Shown in pieces: positions 12,881 to 25,959 of a stretch of DNA of 64,000 nucleotides (the first letter of the stretch is position 1; every line of letters starts with the position of its first letter). Origin of the DNA: Lama guanicoe (Eukaryota); contig MU053881.1 of assembly GCA_013239625.1 (NCBI GenBank), positions 12,166,879 through 12,230,878 of the forward strand. The letters are read 5' to 3'. The notes beneath the pieces were generated by a model, which saw nothing but the letters and a program-made list of their open reading frames with translations, was not told where the DNA came from and ran no database searches. The position numbers were made by a program, and so were the translations under genes.

Positions 12881-13713
12881 TACTAATGTGCTTTTTTTAA
12901 AAAAATAACAGCATGAAATTAATAGAAACTAGAGAAAACAGCAACAAAATAGGGAATCTCCTTATACTACAAGATCCTTTGATGAGATCTATGAGTCAAT
13001 TGTTGAGTCTTTTCAATAAATAAGATATTCAGCTTCAATCTTGCGCTAGGTAGTAGGGGAAATTTTTAAAAATCAGAATAGCTTCCCTCAAGGAGATTAG
13101 AATTACACAAGGGAAAAGAGAAAATCATAAATAACTGTACTAATAAGATTATAGAAGGAAAGAGGCATGGATGATACCAAGAGTCCCTATCATGGAAGAG
13201 TAGAGAATATTTACCTCCTCAAGGGAATACAAGGGAAAGTTTTGCAGCGAAGAAGGTACTGGCATTGTCTTGAAAGATGGCTGGAAAAAGTATGTGGTAG
13301 AGAATAACGTGTAAAATACGTAGACAAATGCATACTTTGACACATTAGAAAAAAGGAAAAGGCAGCAAGTGACTTGAGGGAACTTTAATTATATTTAATA
13401 ATTAAAAGCCAACAACTGGCCAGATATTCATTAATTCTCCCAGTACATAGTTATTAAAAGATCCAGACATCAGGCACCATGTCCACCACCTTTATGGTAT
13501 GACCTTTTCTCACCGCTCCACTTCAAATGTTTCTTTTCCCCACCACACATGCAACGTCTTAGCCTTCTACCTCTCCTCCTTCCTCACCCTTCCCCTCTCC
13601 CCATCTCCCTTTCATCCCCATCCAAGTCATCCAACAAAACTCCCCTTAGAAGTCACTTTTTGGGGGGTAAATTAATACCTCCTGCCACCTTAGATAATCT
13701 CAGTGGGTTCTCC

Positions 13714-13765
13714 CCACCACTACCACCACCATCATCACTGCCACCACCACCACCACTGCCATCAT
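13714..13765. repeat. Imperfect (CCA)n trinucleotide tract
   Basis: ccaccactaccaccaccatcatcactgccaccaccaccaccactgcc. Confidence 0.85.
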
Positions 13766-16700
13766 TCTCACTATGTACATCACAATGAGATACTAACCAA
13801 GAACACCATTCCCATTTGATATCAGTGACTAATGTGTCTTGTATCCATACCACATCAACTAAAAGTCAATAATAATTTGAGAGCCAAGAGAACAATGTTT
13901 TTAACAGCAGGTGGGTTTATTAAGAAAATTTGGTAGGTGGAGCCCCAAAATGTTTAAATTATAAAACACTTATTAGCTCAAGTTGCTGTGATGAAACTGG
14001 GCCAAGAATGGAGAGGCAAAACAACCTAACGCTGTGTGAGGTTTCTTTATTTCCTCCTTTCTTATATTTGTAGAAGTAGGTAGGGGAGGGAAGGCACCTG
14101 AAACCATCCCATCACACTGAGTTTTTCTTTCAGAACTCACACCCATAACAAAATCTCAACAGGCACATGAACAATTCTTTCCAGGTGAATCAGGTCACTG
14201 GTACTGAGCTTCTCTTTACAGCAAGGTATCTTCATGGCATTTTGTTCTTTCCTTCACAAAAGGAGCCAGAATATCTACCTGCCTCATTTTCTCCCAACTA
14301 TTCACATCTCAGCTAGGTTAGATTATTTCTTGCTTTCATGCTTGGGCTACCTCCATGTTGCTGACTTAATAAATCAAACTTACATCCCCAAATGTGGCCA
14401 GGAAGGAGAATCTGATTTTTTTTTTTAAATAAGCACACACTCGCCAATCATTTAGACTCCTTTGCACTTCTAGAGCTAAGGAGACATTCCCATTACTTTA
14501 CAACGTCCCCTATTAGTTCTCTCTGGTTTTATTAAAACCTTTTCCCTTTCATTAAAATAAAAAGCCTCTGAAAAACTACAGTTACAGATTTTCTGCAAGC
14601 CACAATTTATGGCTGTTACTTGCAACCTTCAAAAGCTTTTTAAAAATAGTATCGGGTCTATTATTCTATATTATGGTAATTGTAGTAAAGATTTAAGAGG
14701 CACTTTAAGACTTTTTAGCTCTACAGTATATTTCTGTTCCAATTTCTTGCTTAGGCATTTGGGAAAGAAGCCTTATTTAAAAGCTCTACCCTCTGCCCTC
14801 TGATATACAGCTTCCCTCTTAACTATGGTAACTAGACCTCACTACACAATTAGGGAAGCAGGGTCTCCAATTAGAGCTCCGCCAAACATGGGGCACAGCA
14901 CATCTTTCTAGAAGCCCGTTCCACTTGTATGCACCCGAAAATAATCAAAAATTTTCTCATGTGCTAGGTACCTTTGACCCCTTTGTTATGCTTCACATAC
15001 CCTTGTTAACTCCCTACCCCTCCTTTGCTCCCGCAGGAAATCAGCGAAGATAATCACAAGATTAAATAACTCCAACGCCACTGCTAACATGTTCAAAGCC
15101 ATTAGTACAACAAACACCCAAGTAGCCACAGGGATTTATGTAGTATTGAAATTAAACTGACCTCACCCTATCTTCGACATAGACCTGTTCTTCCTAGTTA
15201 ACCTGTGTTTTTCTCTTGCTGTCTAGTCTAGAATGGTTACAACTCAAAAACAACCAAGGAAACAGCTAATGGAATTTCCACAACTGTGAGCATGAACAAA
15301 ATTCCAATCTAAAAGTTGCTCCCGGCATTGTCCTTTGTATTCATGCACCAAATGGGATGAGCGGTTTAACACAATTCCCTCCACACACCACATTGCTAAG
15401 GCCTTTTTCTTGGGCACACACACCATATGGAAAAACCGCTCATTCCCTGCTCCTTCCCTTTCCTCGTTTAGGATTCCAGTAGCATCTGGACAGCACAAAT
15501 CTGTAACAGTCCCCAACTCTGCAAAAGGACAGAGACAACTCCCAGACTTCCCTTGTTCTGACGAGAGCCTTCCCACCGCAGAGCCACAATTTTTTTTATC
15601 ACATCAACAGTTGTCAGCTGGGGACCTTTTCCCATGAACTTCCTCACTGAGCGCGTTTTCCCATACCTGCCAGCTTTTCTTGTAAAGCAGAGGATAGCTC
15701 CATTCCACACTCACAGTAAATAATCTTGAGTGCTTCCGCTTTATTTTTCCTTGCTCCAAGTTTCCATGTCAATTTCAGAGTAGTGAAACACACAGTGATT
15801 CCTGCCCACTGGTATTTTATGATTTTAATTTGCTCAAATGCTCTGAATTTCATTATATTTTCCCATTTGGTGCATGGGATTTTTACAGTTAACAGATGTT
15901 CACTTAATAGAGCCTCCTAGTGAGCAAATCAGTTTTTTCCCTCTAGTATTCATGTAACTTTCTACTCCTGCAGTAGCTGTTTCTGGTGCCTGCCAAGTTA
16001 TCTGGCAGTGGAAGCTCAAATCGAAAAGTGCAACAGCTCTTTGGAAATGTATATATTCTCGTTCCTTCCGTCCCACTCATCCCTACTTGACTCCTTCCTC
16101 ATTAACACCATGTGAGAAAGCCCCCAGGGGAAAACACCAGCCTCCGACACCAGGCAGGTTTCACTCACAGATGCAAAGATGTTCTGCACCCAAGAAATAT
16201 TTTCTTAGCCTATGGCCACTACAAAATGTCAAAATTTTTAATGCCTCCAAAAATACTAAAGGAATAATTACCCAAACAAATCTGTCCTAGGCCAATCTCC
16301 AACTCCTGAGTAGTGTGGAGCTTTTTACTCAAATATCTCTCAGGACGTTAAAATAAGTCACAACATTGAAGAAGGGTTTCTATTCCAGGAATCCTGACAC
16401 ATCTGCTTTTGGTTCTTACTTAAATAGGCAAGGTTCTATGGGTGTCTGCAGAGGCTGTTACCCTGGGTCTCCTTCAGGTTACAAACGTGCCCCAGAGGCT
16501 GGAAGACCCAGTGTCCCACCAAACTCCTATTTGACTCAGGATACAAAGAATGATCTCTCTTGAGAGCCCATTTTAAACCCCAAATTATCCACTAAGTAGC
16601 AGAAGTACAGGCCAAATTTCTTTACAAAGAAATCAAAGCTCTCCACTTGCTAAAAAATAGTCCTCATGGCTATTTCTTGGAAGGATGCCTGAGATTAGGG

Positions 16701-16842
16701 TTTGTGGTCAAGTGAGGGATAAAGAAGAGATCAGAGAAATTTGGGAATGTCATCCAACCTTATTCACTCTCTCGTAACTGAAGATTCCCAAACATCTGCG
16801 ATGGATTTGCTCCTGTTTGGTTTCTATCAAGACTCTGACTTC

Positions 16843-17102
16843 AGGGAAGAAAGGGAGCAGGTGGAGGAATAAATTGGAAGTTCGAGGTACATATAACTAA
16901 AATAGATACTAACTACTACATATTAAATAGATAAACAACAAGGTCCTATGTATATAGCACAGGGAATGATATTCAATACCTTGTAATATATAAAAAAGAG
17001 TATGAAAAGGAATACATATATGTATGTATAACTGAATCACTATGTTATATACTAGAAATTAACACAACACTATAATCTGACTATACTCCAAAAAAAAAAA
17101 AA
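16843..17102 (+). mobile_element. 5'-truncated L1 3' UTR (laurasiatherian/camelid type)
   Basis: ataaacaacaaggtcct...tatagcacagggaa...tattcaatacc...aattaacacaacac followed by poly(A); diverged TSD-like aagactctgactt / aagactgtctggctt. Confidence 0.85.
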
Positions 17103-17604
17103 GACTGTCTGGCTTTCCATTGTGGTCTTTCCAATGCTCTGATCTTGAATGTTTATACCCTGACCAGCTTTTCAGTCTGGCTGTGACATCGACAGTCTCT
17201 GGGTTAGTCATCCTTTAGGACCCAGGCAAATTTCCCCTCCTTCATGATGTTCTCCCTGGTTCCTACCATTTATCTTCAACAGAAATCGTATCTACGTTTT
17301 GTGGCTGAGAAATACATTCTCTCTCAAATGTCTTACTGACCAGGTAGGTAAGCTGAGGTCCTCAGCACTGAAGGCATCAACTTCATTTCTCATAGACGGC
17401 TTAACCCAGGGACAAAATGACACCCAAGTGTCCAGACTCTCACTGGCAGCACTTCCTACTGTCTCAGTGACAATCAACTTTCTCATTACCTTTTAGATTT
17501 TACCCCTCTCTCACTATCCCTGATCCCTAACTATTTAGGGACTGACTGAGCATCTCTTACACACTAAGCGCTTTAAATGAATTCTTGATATAATCCTGAA
17601 AGAT

Positions 17605-18095
17605 CAACCCACAGTCTAGTTAGGAAAACAGAAAACACTCCAGCTGTTCCAAACCAAGGGCATCTGACATAGGAAATCAGTTACAAAGGTGACAGACAAG
17701 TGGAGAAGCCTAACAAGGATAGTAAGGCTACCCAGAACTTAGCCACAATAGGAAGCTGCTAGCTCAGGGCTGCAGAGACAAGGGAGATGGCATGTCACTG
17801 TAGCTGATGGGTCCGCATCAGTGATGAAAGCTGTAGCCACAACTCACTTGTCTGCAGGAAGCTAGAGTCCTGGAAGAAAGGCAGCTACTTCCAGAGAGGC
17901 TGCAGGAAGCAGACAGAGGGAGAAATCCTCCATTCCTCCAGCACCCTGCTGTCCCATTAGTACATCCCACAGCCAAACCCAGAACAAGTCAGCTGGCAAG
18001 GGAGCTTGCAGGGGTCAGTCCCAGCTGTGATTCAGAGTAGAACAGAAGAAGACTGAAGAATGGCTCTGAGAGCAGAGGCAAGTATCTAGCACAGT
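17605..18095. mobile_element. Ancient LTR-like remnant (family uncertain)
   Basis: cagtctagttaggaaaacagaaaacactccag...ataggaaatcagttacaaaggtg...tctagcaca resembles old mammalian ERVL/Gypsy-type solo LTRs. Confidence 0.45.
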
Positions 18096-18529
18096 AATTA
18101 GCATCAACCCTATTTAGCAGTTCAGGAAAAAGGCTGAAAGCTAAGATCCTCACCCAAAGTTAGATATCTAGTAAGTGATGGAGTCTACATTCCAACTTCA
18201 ACACTGTGCAATTGATTCCAATGCCCAAAATCTCTTACTGTCCTGCCTTCACTCTGATGCGTGAATTCACAGCAGGTGCTTAATGTGTGGCCAGTGGATT
18301 AGATGCAATACCAACAAGCAGCCTGATTCTGCTCACAGGTAAAGGCATCCTTATGTTAGTTTCCAGAGTTTGTTGAATCTGTTTAGGCTTAGAGAAATCC
18401 TACTTATTTCCTATTAGTTGAAAAGACAGATGCCATGAAACCATAAACTTCCATGGAAGATGGTTTTAGAGCCAGTCATAAGTGGCTCATGTTCGCAATA
18501 ATATGAGATACAGGGGTGTTTAAGATGAG

Positions 18530-18760
18530 CAAGGGTTTTGAAATTAGACTGCACTAGACTCAAATCTTTGCTTTTCTACTCACAAGCTGTGTGACCCTGA
18601 GCAAGTGAATTTCCCTCTCTGAGTATCCATTTCCCCAAGAGTCAAAAGGAAATAATAACATCTACCATACAGGGTTGTTCAAGAACTAAAGTAAGATCAG
18701 TTACCTAAAAGAAAGAATATAGGAACTAACACACTTCAAGTGCTCAATAAATATTAGAAA
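18530..18760 (+). mobile_element. MIR
   Basis: gctgtgtgaccctgagcaagtg...ctctctgag...aataataacatctacc...agggttgtt...aagtgctcaataaatattag. Confidence 0.85.
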
Positions 18761-19349
18761 AGATAGAATCAACTGTTCAGAAAAATATTCCCGAGGGGGG
18801 AATACAGCTTCACATAGACCAAGGAGTAAGGCGTCTCTCAAGTGCTCCTGCAATAACTTGTGGTTCTGATTAAACAACAAGTTGGTGATAATAAGCCAGC
18901 ATCCCTGGTCATCAGTAAACCCCAAGGTCCATACTATTACTGTGGGACACAGTCTAATGTTTCCTTGGCTCTTAACTGGCAACAAGTTAGTAACCTAAGA
19001 ATAATTACAAAGAACTGTATTTTATCTGCTTCCATGCAGCTGATCAATATTCCCTCGGCATGGTTCGGCTCCCAGCATCTGCGAGGAGTAACATAAACTG
19101 TCAGTCAGTAGCTCAATTTTGTTGTGATGCTGCTAGTAATTTTTTTTGCTAAATTATTCACCTTCTCGAAAAGCCATTTGATAAATGTTTATTTCTTCAT
19201 AATACATTCTAACAACCGCTGATTTGTGACCCTTGCTGTGGATGGAATTTAAATTGGAGAGGAGGTAAGGACTCCATGGAAATGCCAAGATAGGGCCATG
19301 GACAAGCTCTGGGGCTTTCTTCCTTGCTCTCAGAGAGCACACTGGCCTC

Positions 19350-20110
19350 CCACGGCAAGAGGGTACTAATTGAATTTAAGAGAGTAATAAGTGAGAAGCG
19401 AACACAGACACAGCCTGTCATGCGAACGCCAACCCTGCAGGCTCAGCAGATTTGATGGGACGGCACAGGGGAGCAGCCCCACTGCCACGCCAGAGACTAA
19501 GACTTGGGAATAGTGCTGACAGTGACCTAGGGGACAAGGGGCTGGGCGGGAGACAGGGAAGGCAGAATTCTGTATACTGCTGGCAACAGAAGGCATTCGG
19601 ACCAGGAGACCACAACTAAAACATGACTGAACACACATGAGGTTATTTCCTTCTTGCTGCCTCTTCTGAATCATCTCTCTCCACTGCCCCCTCCATGACC
19701 ACTTAGATGGCTCCCCCTAGGTTGAAAAAAAGTAAATGCTTCTTGCAGGCAGCTGGAAAGGAACGTGGTACACCCAAGGGACCCTCCTCCACTTAGCACT
19801 TTGCCATCATCTTGGTACCTTCCCCAACGCCTTCGTATCCTCGATGGCAAATGACTGAGAATTTCCACAGTCCTTTCTGCAAACACGTAAGAGGATTTAA
19901 ACAAAGAACTGAAGCTCAGTGTGCCAGGAGCAGCAGGACACAGCATTATTTTCCTTTACACAGGAAAAGTACAGAAGTTAACGCAGGCTGCTTGGCACTT
20001 GCCCCTGCTATGGAATCGCACAATGGAAATTTTCCTGTCAGTAACGGCCATGACTTCTGTCCCACCTGCAGCACGAGGCAGCTGGCGCGAGTTCACCTTG
20101 GTCAGGACTA
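19350..20110. promoter_or_regulatory. CpG-retaining unique block, candidate enhancer or alternative promoter
   Basis: About 19 CpGs counted by eye in ~750 bp, several-fold above background; no repeat recognised. Confidence 0.35.
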
Positions 20111-20384
20111 CACACTTGTAATCAATCACTCTCATTTCCCACTTTCAACTTCTCAGACATAGAAGGAAGTTCTGGAAGAAAGACTCACACCAAATTCTTT
20201 CATGTATCTGCTTCTGAGCATTGACTGTTGTTTTATTTTTTTCCCCCTCCCATCACCATGCTCTACATATAAAACTCTGAAAATACCATAGTAGAATTTA
20301 TTTCCAAGTGAGGCAGGTTCCCAAGCTTTTGGACTCACAGTTGCTCTGGTTTTAGTGCCAGCTTCTGAGCACGTGGTGTTTAGA

Positions 20385-20720
20385 TGAGGGACATAAGCTC
20401 AAATACATACACAGGTCAGGAAAAAATAAATAAATCAGTGAAGCCGGCTAGGTCAGGGAGTATAAGGCAATGGTGTAGACTGTAGAAAACTTGAGGCCGT
20501 GGGTTCCAATCATTGAGGCAACTGCTACTGAGCTCCCAAAAAAACTGCCTTCTTGGGGCAACAAAGTCTCAGCATTGCCAGGTCTTTTCATTTTGCCAAA
20601 GGATTGCCAAATTCACCTATGAAAAGTTGGAAATCTGGATTTTATACAAATGAATGGGCAGTAATTTCAATACACATAAACACAGCCCAGACCACCCTGT
20701 GCAGCTGCAGTTGTGATGTC
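20385..20720 (+). mobile_element. MER102b-like hAT-Charlie element
   Basis: gctcaaatac...agtgaagccggc...ctgctactgagctcc...cattgccaggtctt...ggaaatctggattttat is collinear with the recalled MER102 consensus. Confidence 0.7.
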
Positions 20721-20734
20721 TAAAATCCACAGTA

Positions 20735-21000
20735 CTTTGTGTTAGGCTGATTAGGCTGCAGTAAGAAATTAAACCAAACACCTAGTGGCTCAACACAACA
20801 GAAGATTATTTCATGTTCACGTAACAATCCATGGCAGGTCCAAAGTGTCTGGGGTTGGGGGGAGATGGAGGATATGGGGAAGGCAAGTAAGATCCTGCCC
20901 CACACAGTCATTTAGGCAATCAGGCTGTGTCTCTGCCATCTTCAGTATGTAAATTCCAAGGGCACCCTGGGGGTTACTCTTCTGCAAGTATTAGTTCCTC
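20735..21000 (-). mobile_element. Old MLT1 (MaLR) LTR fragment
   Basis: ttaggctgcagtaag...cctagtggctcaacacaacagaagattatttcatgttcac. Confidence 0.6.
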
Positions 21001-21254
21001 TGTCCTGATCCTTGTACACAAAGGCAAAGGAGGTGGGTGGACAGAAGGGGAAGACTGAAGTAAAAGATAAAACTTGACTTTCTCCTAATATGACATTTTC
21101 TGTTGAGGATATGGAGGAGGAGGCACTGTTCTTAGTCTAGGTAAATCTGGAGAAAAGCTGGTATCTTGTACCAGTGTTCTTTCTGATTTTTTCAGAGGGT
21201 CAGATCAAAGATTTTATGGCATTTGACATAAACAAAAATGAACACATAACCTAA

Positions 21255-22332
21255 AGAAGGGGAGAAAATATTTGCAAATGACACAACCGACCAGGGATTA
21301 ACTTCCAAAACATACCAACAGCTCATACAGCTTAATAAAATATTAAAAAAAAAAGCAACCCAATCAAAAAAAGGGCGGAAGACCTAAACAGACTTTTCTC
21401 CAAAGAAGACATACAGATGGCCAACGGGCATGTGAAATGATGCTCAATATCACTAATTACTAGAGAAATGTAAATCAAAACTACAATGAGGTATCACCTC
21501 ACACCACACATAGTCAGAATGGCCATCATGAAAAAGTCTACAAGTAATAAATGCTGGAGAGGGTGTGGAGAAAACAGTGCACCTCCTGCACTGTTGGTGG
21601 GAATGTAGTTTGGTGTGGCCATTATGGAAAACAGTACAGAGGTTCCTTAAAAACCTAAAAACAGAGTTACCATATGATCCAGCAATCCTATTCCTGGGCA
21701 TATATCTGGAGAAAACTCTAATTCAAAAAGATACAGATAACACAATGTTCATAGCAGCACTATATACAATAGCCAACACATGAAAACAACCTAAATATCC
21801 AACTACAGATGACTAGATAAAGAAGTTGTGGTATGTTTATACAATGGAATACTACTCAGCCATAAAAAGAATAAAATAATGCCATTTGCACAACATGGAT
21901 GAACCTGGAGATCATCATTCTAAGTAAAGTAAGTCAGAAAAAGAAAGAAAAATACCGTATGATACCACTCATATGTGGAGTCTAAAAAAAGAAAAAAAAA
22001 GGATCCTATGAACTCATCTACAAACAGAAACAGACTCGCAGACATAGTAAACAATCTTATGGTTACCAGGGGAAGGAGGGTGAGAAGGGATAAATTTGGG
22101 AGTTTGAGATTTGCAAATGTTAGCCGCTACATATAAAAACAGATTTTAAAAAAGTTTCTTCTGTATAGCATAGGGAACTATATTCAATATCTGATAATAA
22201 CCTTTAATGAAAAACAATATGAAAACAAATGTATGTATGTATATGCATGACTGGGACATTGTGCTGTTCACCAGAAATTGACACATTGTAACTGACCATA
22301 CTTCCAATTTAAAAAAAAAAAAGAAAAAGAAA
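21255..22332 (+). mobile_element. 5'-truncated L1: end of ORF2, 3' UTR and poly(A)
   Basis: ORF 21565-21783 ([33 protein letters not shown]) matches the L1 ORF2p C-terminal region; 3' UTR and poly(A) at ~22310-22332. Confidence 0.95.
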
Positions 22333-22334
22333 AT

Positions 22335-22870
22335 TCACTCAGCCCTCCACTCCTCCCTTAACATCCAAATCCAATCAAGCACCAAAACCAATTTTTTCTC
22401 CCTCCTCCACCTCTCTCCAACTCATTCCTCCCATCACCATTGCCCCTGCCATGAGTCATGGCACCATCATCTCTAGCCTTGACTATTTCTGCAGCTTCCA
22501 CAGCCTCCAGCCTTGCCCCTCTCCATACTTAACCTGAATGAGTGTTTTTTAAATGCAACCTGAATCAGTATTTAAACCACTTTGATGATGCCAAGATGCC
22601 GCACAGGCTTCAGAATAAAACCAAAATGACTTGAAACGATAGTTGAGTCCTTTGTGCTCGGCCTGCCTCTTCAGTCTTTCTCCCAAAAGCCTTCCCTTTA
22701 GAAACTCAAGGCCAAACTGAATGCTGAGGTCACCTGTCTGGTCTTTGACACATTCTCTTCTCTCCCCAAAACAAACTCACTGCCATTCATTTTCTTACAT
22801 ATGGATTATTCCTGTCCATTCTTTTGGTTTCAGATGCCATCCTCTCCTCCACGAAGCCCTCTCTGATCCT
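22335..22870 (+). mobile_element. L2 fragment
   Basis: acatccaaatccaatcaagcacc, ggcaccatcatctctagccttgacta and cagcctccagccttgcccctctcca are typical of the L2 body. Confidence 0.6.
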
Positions 22871-22877
22871 TCACACA

Positions 22878-23140
22878 GACAGACAGGATCTCACACTTCT
22901 AGTAGAGCAGCCCAACTTAATTGGGAAACTACAGCAACTCCTGATTTGGTTATACTGGCAAACCGACTGGCTGAAACCAAATCAGGAGTTTCAAAAATCA
23001 AAATATCAAATAAACAAAAGGCCACTAAAATCATGAATTTACAGTTTCCACAGCTAACAGCCTTGGCATACTAACTCAAAAATCTTTGCCAATTTTTTTT
23101 TTAACAAAAAACCTGGTCATTGAAAAAGGATTGTTGTAAA
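22878..23140 (+). pseudogene. gag: ERV gag C-terminal remnant with degenerate zinc knuckle
   Basis: WETTATPDLVILANRL...KATKIMNLQ in ORF 22721-23074; KPGH*KKDC at ~23109-23134 is the second half of a CCHC knuckle. Confidence 0.75.
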
Positions 23141-23209
23141 CTAAAATACTTTAAACAATCCTCCATTGTTAAGCTGTTAGCTCCTCCCGTGACTGAAGCT
23201 GCTCCAAGG

Positions 23210-25938
23210 ACAAACAAGGAGATTTTCTGATCCTTCCCCTTCCTCACTTGTGTGAGACTTCTCTTATGATCATAAATCAGGTCATTACTATATTCATCAA
23301 CACCAAGCCACACTTTCCATGCTCAACCCCACCAACCTCAAACAACCCATTCCCCAGAGTCCTGAAAAAATTCAAATGGTGGGAGTATCTAGTACACACC
23401 TTACAGCTTACAAATCCCTTCCTTTGCCCTTCCAACTGTCCCCTTCAGGACAACCCTTCTTTAGAACTGTTGATAAATTCTGTTCCTGGCAACTTACTAG
23501 CATGAGACATTTTAGGAAAATACCATGCGTCCATCTTTTTTTCTCAAAAGGAAGAACTAATTCTCGAACTCTACTCAGCTACCATTTCACTTGGCAGCAC
23601 TGTAAACCCTTCAGTGTCCTTAACAGTTTTAGCCTTAAACTAACCAAGGAAAATAATGAGAGCTTAACCTTCTTACAGCATGTTCCTGAAAAGCTCTGGG
23701 CAAAATTCATGGCAGATATCAGGTGAACTCATTCAGCACTCCCGATAAAAATTCAAATAGATCCAAGTAAGCTTCTCTCCAACATCAGATAATGTCCTTT
23801 GAACCCTGCGGCCCTTGCAGGAATTTAATTATAAAATAATATGAGGCCCAAGGTTTTATAATTCCCTGCAACACACCCATCCTCGAGGGGGAGGGGGACT
23901 ATGACAAGGATGGAGATTTGTACAGGACCTCATAGTCATTAATAAGACTGTCATCCCTCAATAACCAGTTGTCCCTAACCCCCTCCTCACTCTCTTAATT
24001 TCCATTTCTATGGAAAGCAAATTGATTTCCATAGCACCTTCTTCAGTCTTCCTGTTTGACCCCGAAAGTCAATTTTTGTTTGCCTTTACTTGAGAAAGAC
24101 AACAATTTATTTGGATGGTCATGCCACAAAGCTATACAGAGTTCAACCTTCTTTTCACAAATTTGAAAAGGTGGACTTGACAGATGTCACTTTCCCACAT
24201 CAATCAACCCATCTGCAGTACACTGATGGTCTTCCTCTGCTCCCCTTCTAAGGAAATATGTGAATGGAGGCGTATTCACCTCCTCAAGCTACTAGCAACC
24301 AAAGGCCATAAGGTCTCCAAGGAGAAGCTTCAATTTGTCCAAAAAAAAACTGAAGTTGAATATCTGGGACATTTAATTTCAGATCAGGGACTCCTTCTGG
24401 ACCCTGTAGACTCCAAAGCATTTTAAACTTCCCACAACCACAAACTAAAAAAAATTTGGAGGATTTTTGGAGCTAGCAGGATATTAGAGAAATTGGATAC
24501 TTAATTTTTCCTTAGTAGTTCAACCCTTCTGCTCCTGGCTAAAATCTGATACATTTAAACCTACAGAATGGGAAAAGAATGTTAAATGTACCTTCTGCTA
24601 ATTAAAAGAAAGGTTCCTTAGACCACCAACTTTATGACACCCTAATTATCAACTTCTTTTCTTCCTTTTCATAAGTGAAGAGGAAGGAAAAGCCTTGGAG
24701 CCCTTACCCAGAAATACGGAGGTCAGCACTGATCCCTTGGGTGTTACAGCCAGTGGTCAAAGACCTTCCTCCTTGCATGAGAGCCAGCAGCCCTTGTCAA
24801 ATCAACAGGAGATGGATTCTCTTATCTTTCATGTTCCTCATTCAGCAGAAGCTTTATCAAATTCCCACCACATTCAACATCTTTCTGCAAGCCAACTCAC
24901 CTGTCTTATTAAATCCTGTTTGCTAACTTCTCCCTACATGACACTCTCCCTGTAGCAGTCTTAATTCAGTAGCTCTCCTTCCTCTGCCTTCTGAGGAGAC
25001 ACCTCCTGACTGTTTAACTTTGACCAACTAGTGACATCAAAAGATGACTTGCAGGAAGCTCCTATTATGAATGCCAAACTGTCATGGTTTACCAATGGCT
25101 TCTATTCAAGAAATGACGAAGGGAAATCCTGCACTGGGTATGTTATTGCAACTCCTTTCAAGGTGATTGAAACATCCCTGCTGCTGACAGTCACTACAAC
25201 TCAACAAGCTGAACAATATGGCTTGACTAAAGCTTGTACTTGAGCAAAAGGTAAAACTTCAAACATTTATACAATGGCTATGCCTTTGGGGTCATTCATG
25301 ATTTTAGTGTGTTCTGGAAACAGAATTTCTAACTTCTGGAGGATCTCAAATTAAGAATGGATCCTTCACTAATGAATACTAGACTCAATCTAACTTCCAC
25401 CTGCCTTGGCCATTATCAAAGTCCCTGGAAATTCAAAATTAGATTCAGAAGAAGCTAAAGGCAACAATCTGGTTGATCAGTCCATGAAGTCTGTCTTAAA
25501 ATCTATAAAAACCAAGGCCCTGATAGGCAATGTTAATTACCTCCTAAAGAAAGATGTAAAGCTCATTTTTAAGGATACCCAATCTAGGGCACCTCACAAG
25601 GGAAAATTTTATTGGGATGACAACGGTTATAGGTTCAGCCCACTAACCGATTTATTGTATGGCCCAAGTAAGAAACTTGTCCTATCAGAGTTCATAAAAT
25701 GATCCTGATGGAAATGACTCATCAGGTGACCTACTGGGCAGCTGATAAACTTGTAAGTTTCATGAAACAATACCGGTGGGGAAATATTCCTAGGGCCACC
25801 AAAAAGACACTATTGGCTTGTACTGTATATCTTAAATACAATCCAGGGAAGACTATCCACACAGCCCCTGGACATTCTGATTTACCTAAAGGACCTTCCA
25901 AAGTGTGGTAAATGGATTTTATCCAGCTGCCTTCCTAG
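23210..25938 (+). pseudogene. pol: ERV pro-pol remnant (protease, RT, RNase H, integrase N-terminus)
   Basis: Protease FINT.ATLSMLNP (degenerate DTGA, ~23293-23330); RT PCNTPIL, GWRFVQDL, LQYTDGL (degenerate YVDD, 24213-24233), LLATKGHKVSKEKLQF, VEYLGHLIS; RNase H WFTNG, QQAEQYGLTKAC, AIIKVPGNS, EAKGNNLVD; IN stops after W*MDFIQLPS. Confidence 0.93.
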
Positions 25939-25959
25939 CCTGGAACATATTCCTAAATC

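Noticed and set aside
13549..13853. Pro-rich and Gly-rich ORFs
   Set aside because: They arise from pyrimidine-rich and (CCA)n low-complexity DNA
21453..21783. ORFs as host protein-coding genes (also 38969-40393 and 49849-50452)
   Set aside because: They are sense or antisense translations of L1 sequence
23248..25911. Functional or domesticated ERV pol
   Set aside because: Many stops and frameshifts; catalytic DTG and YxDD motifs are mutated
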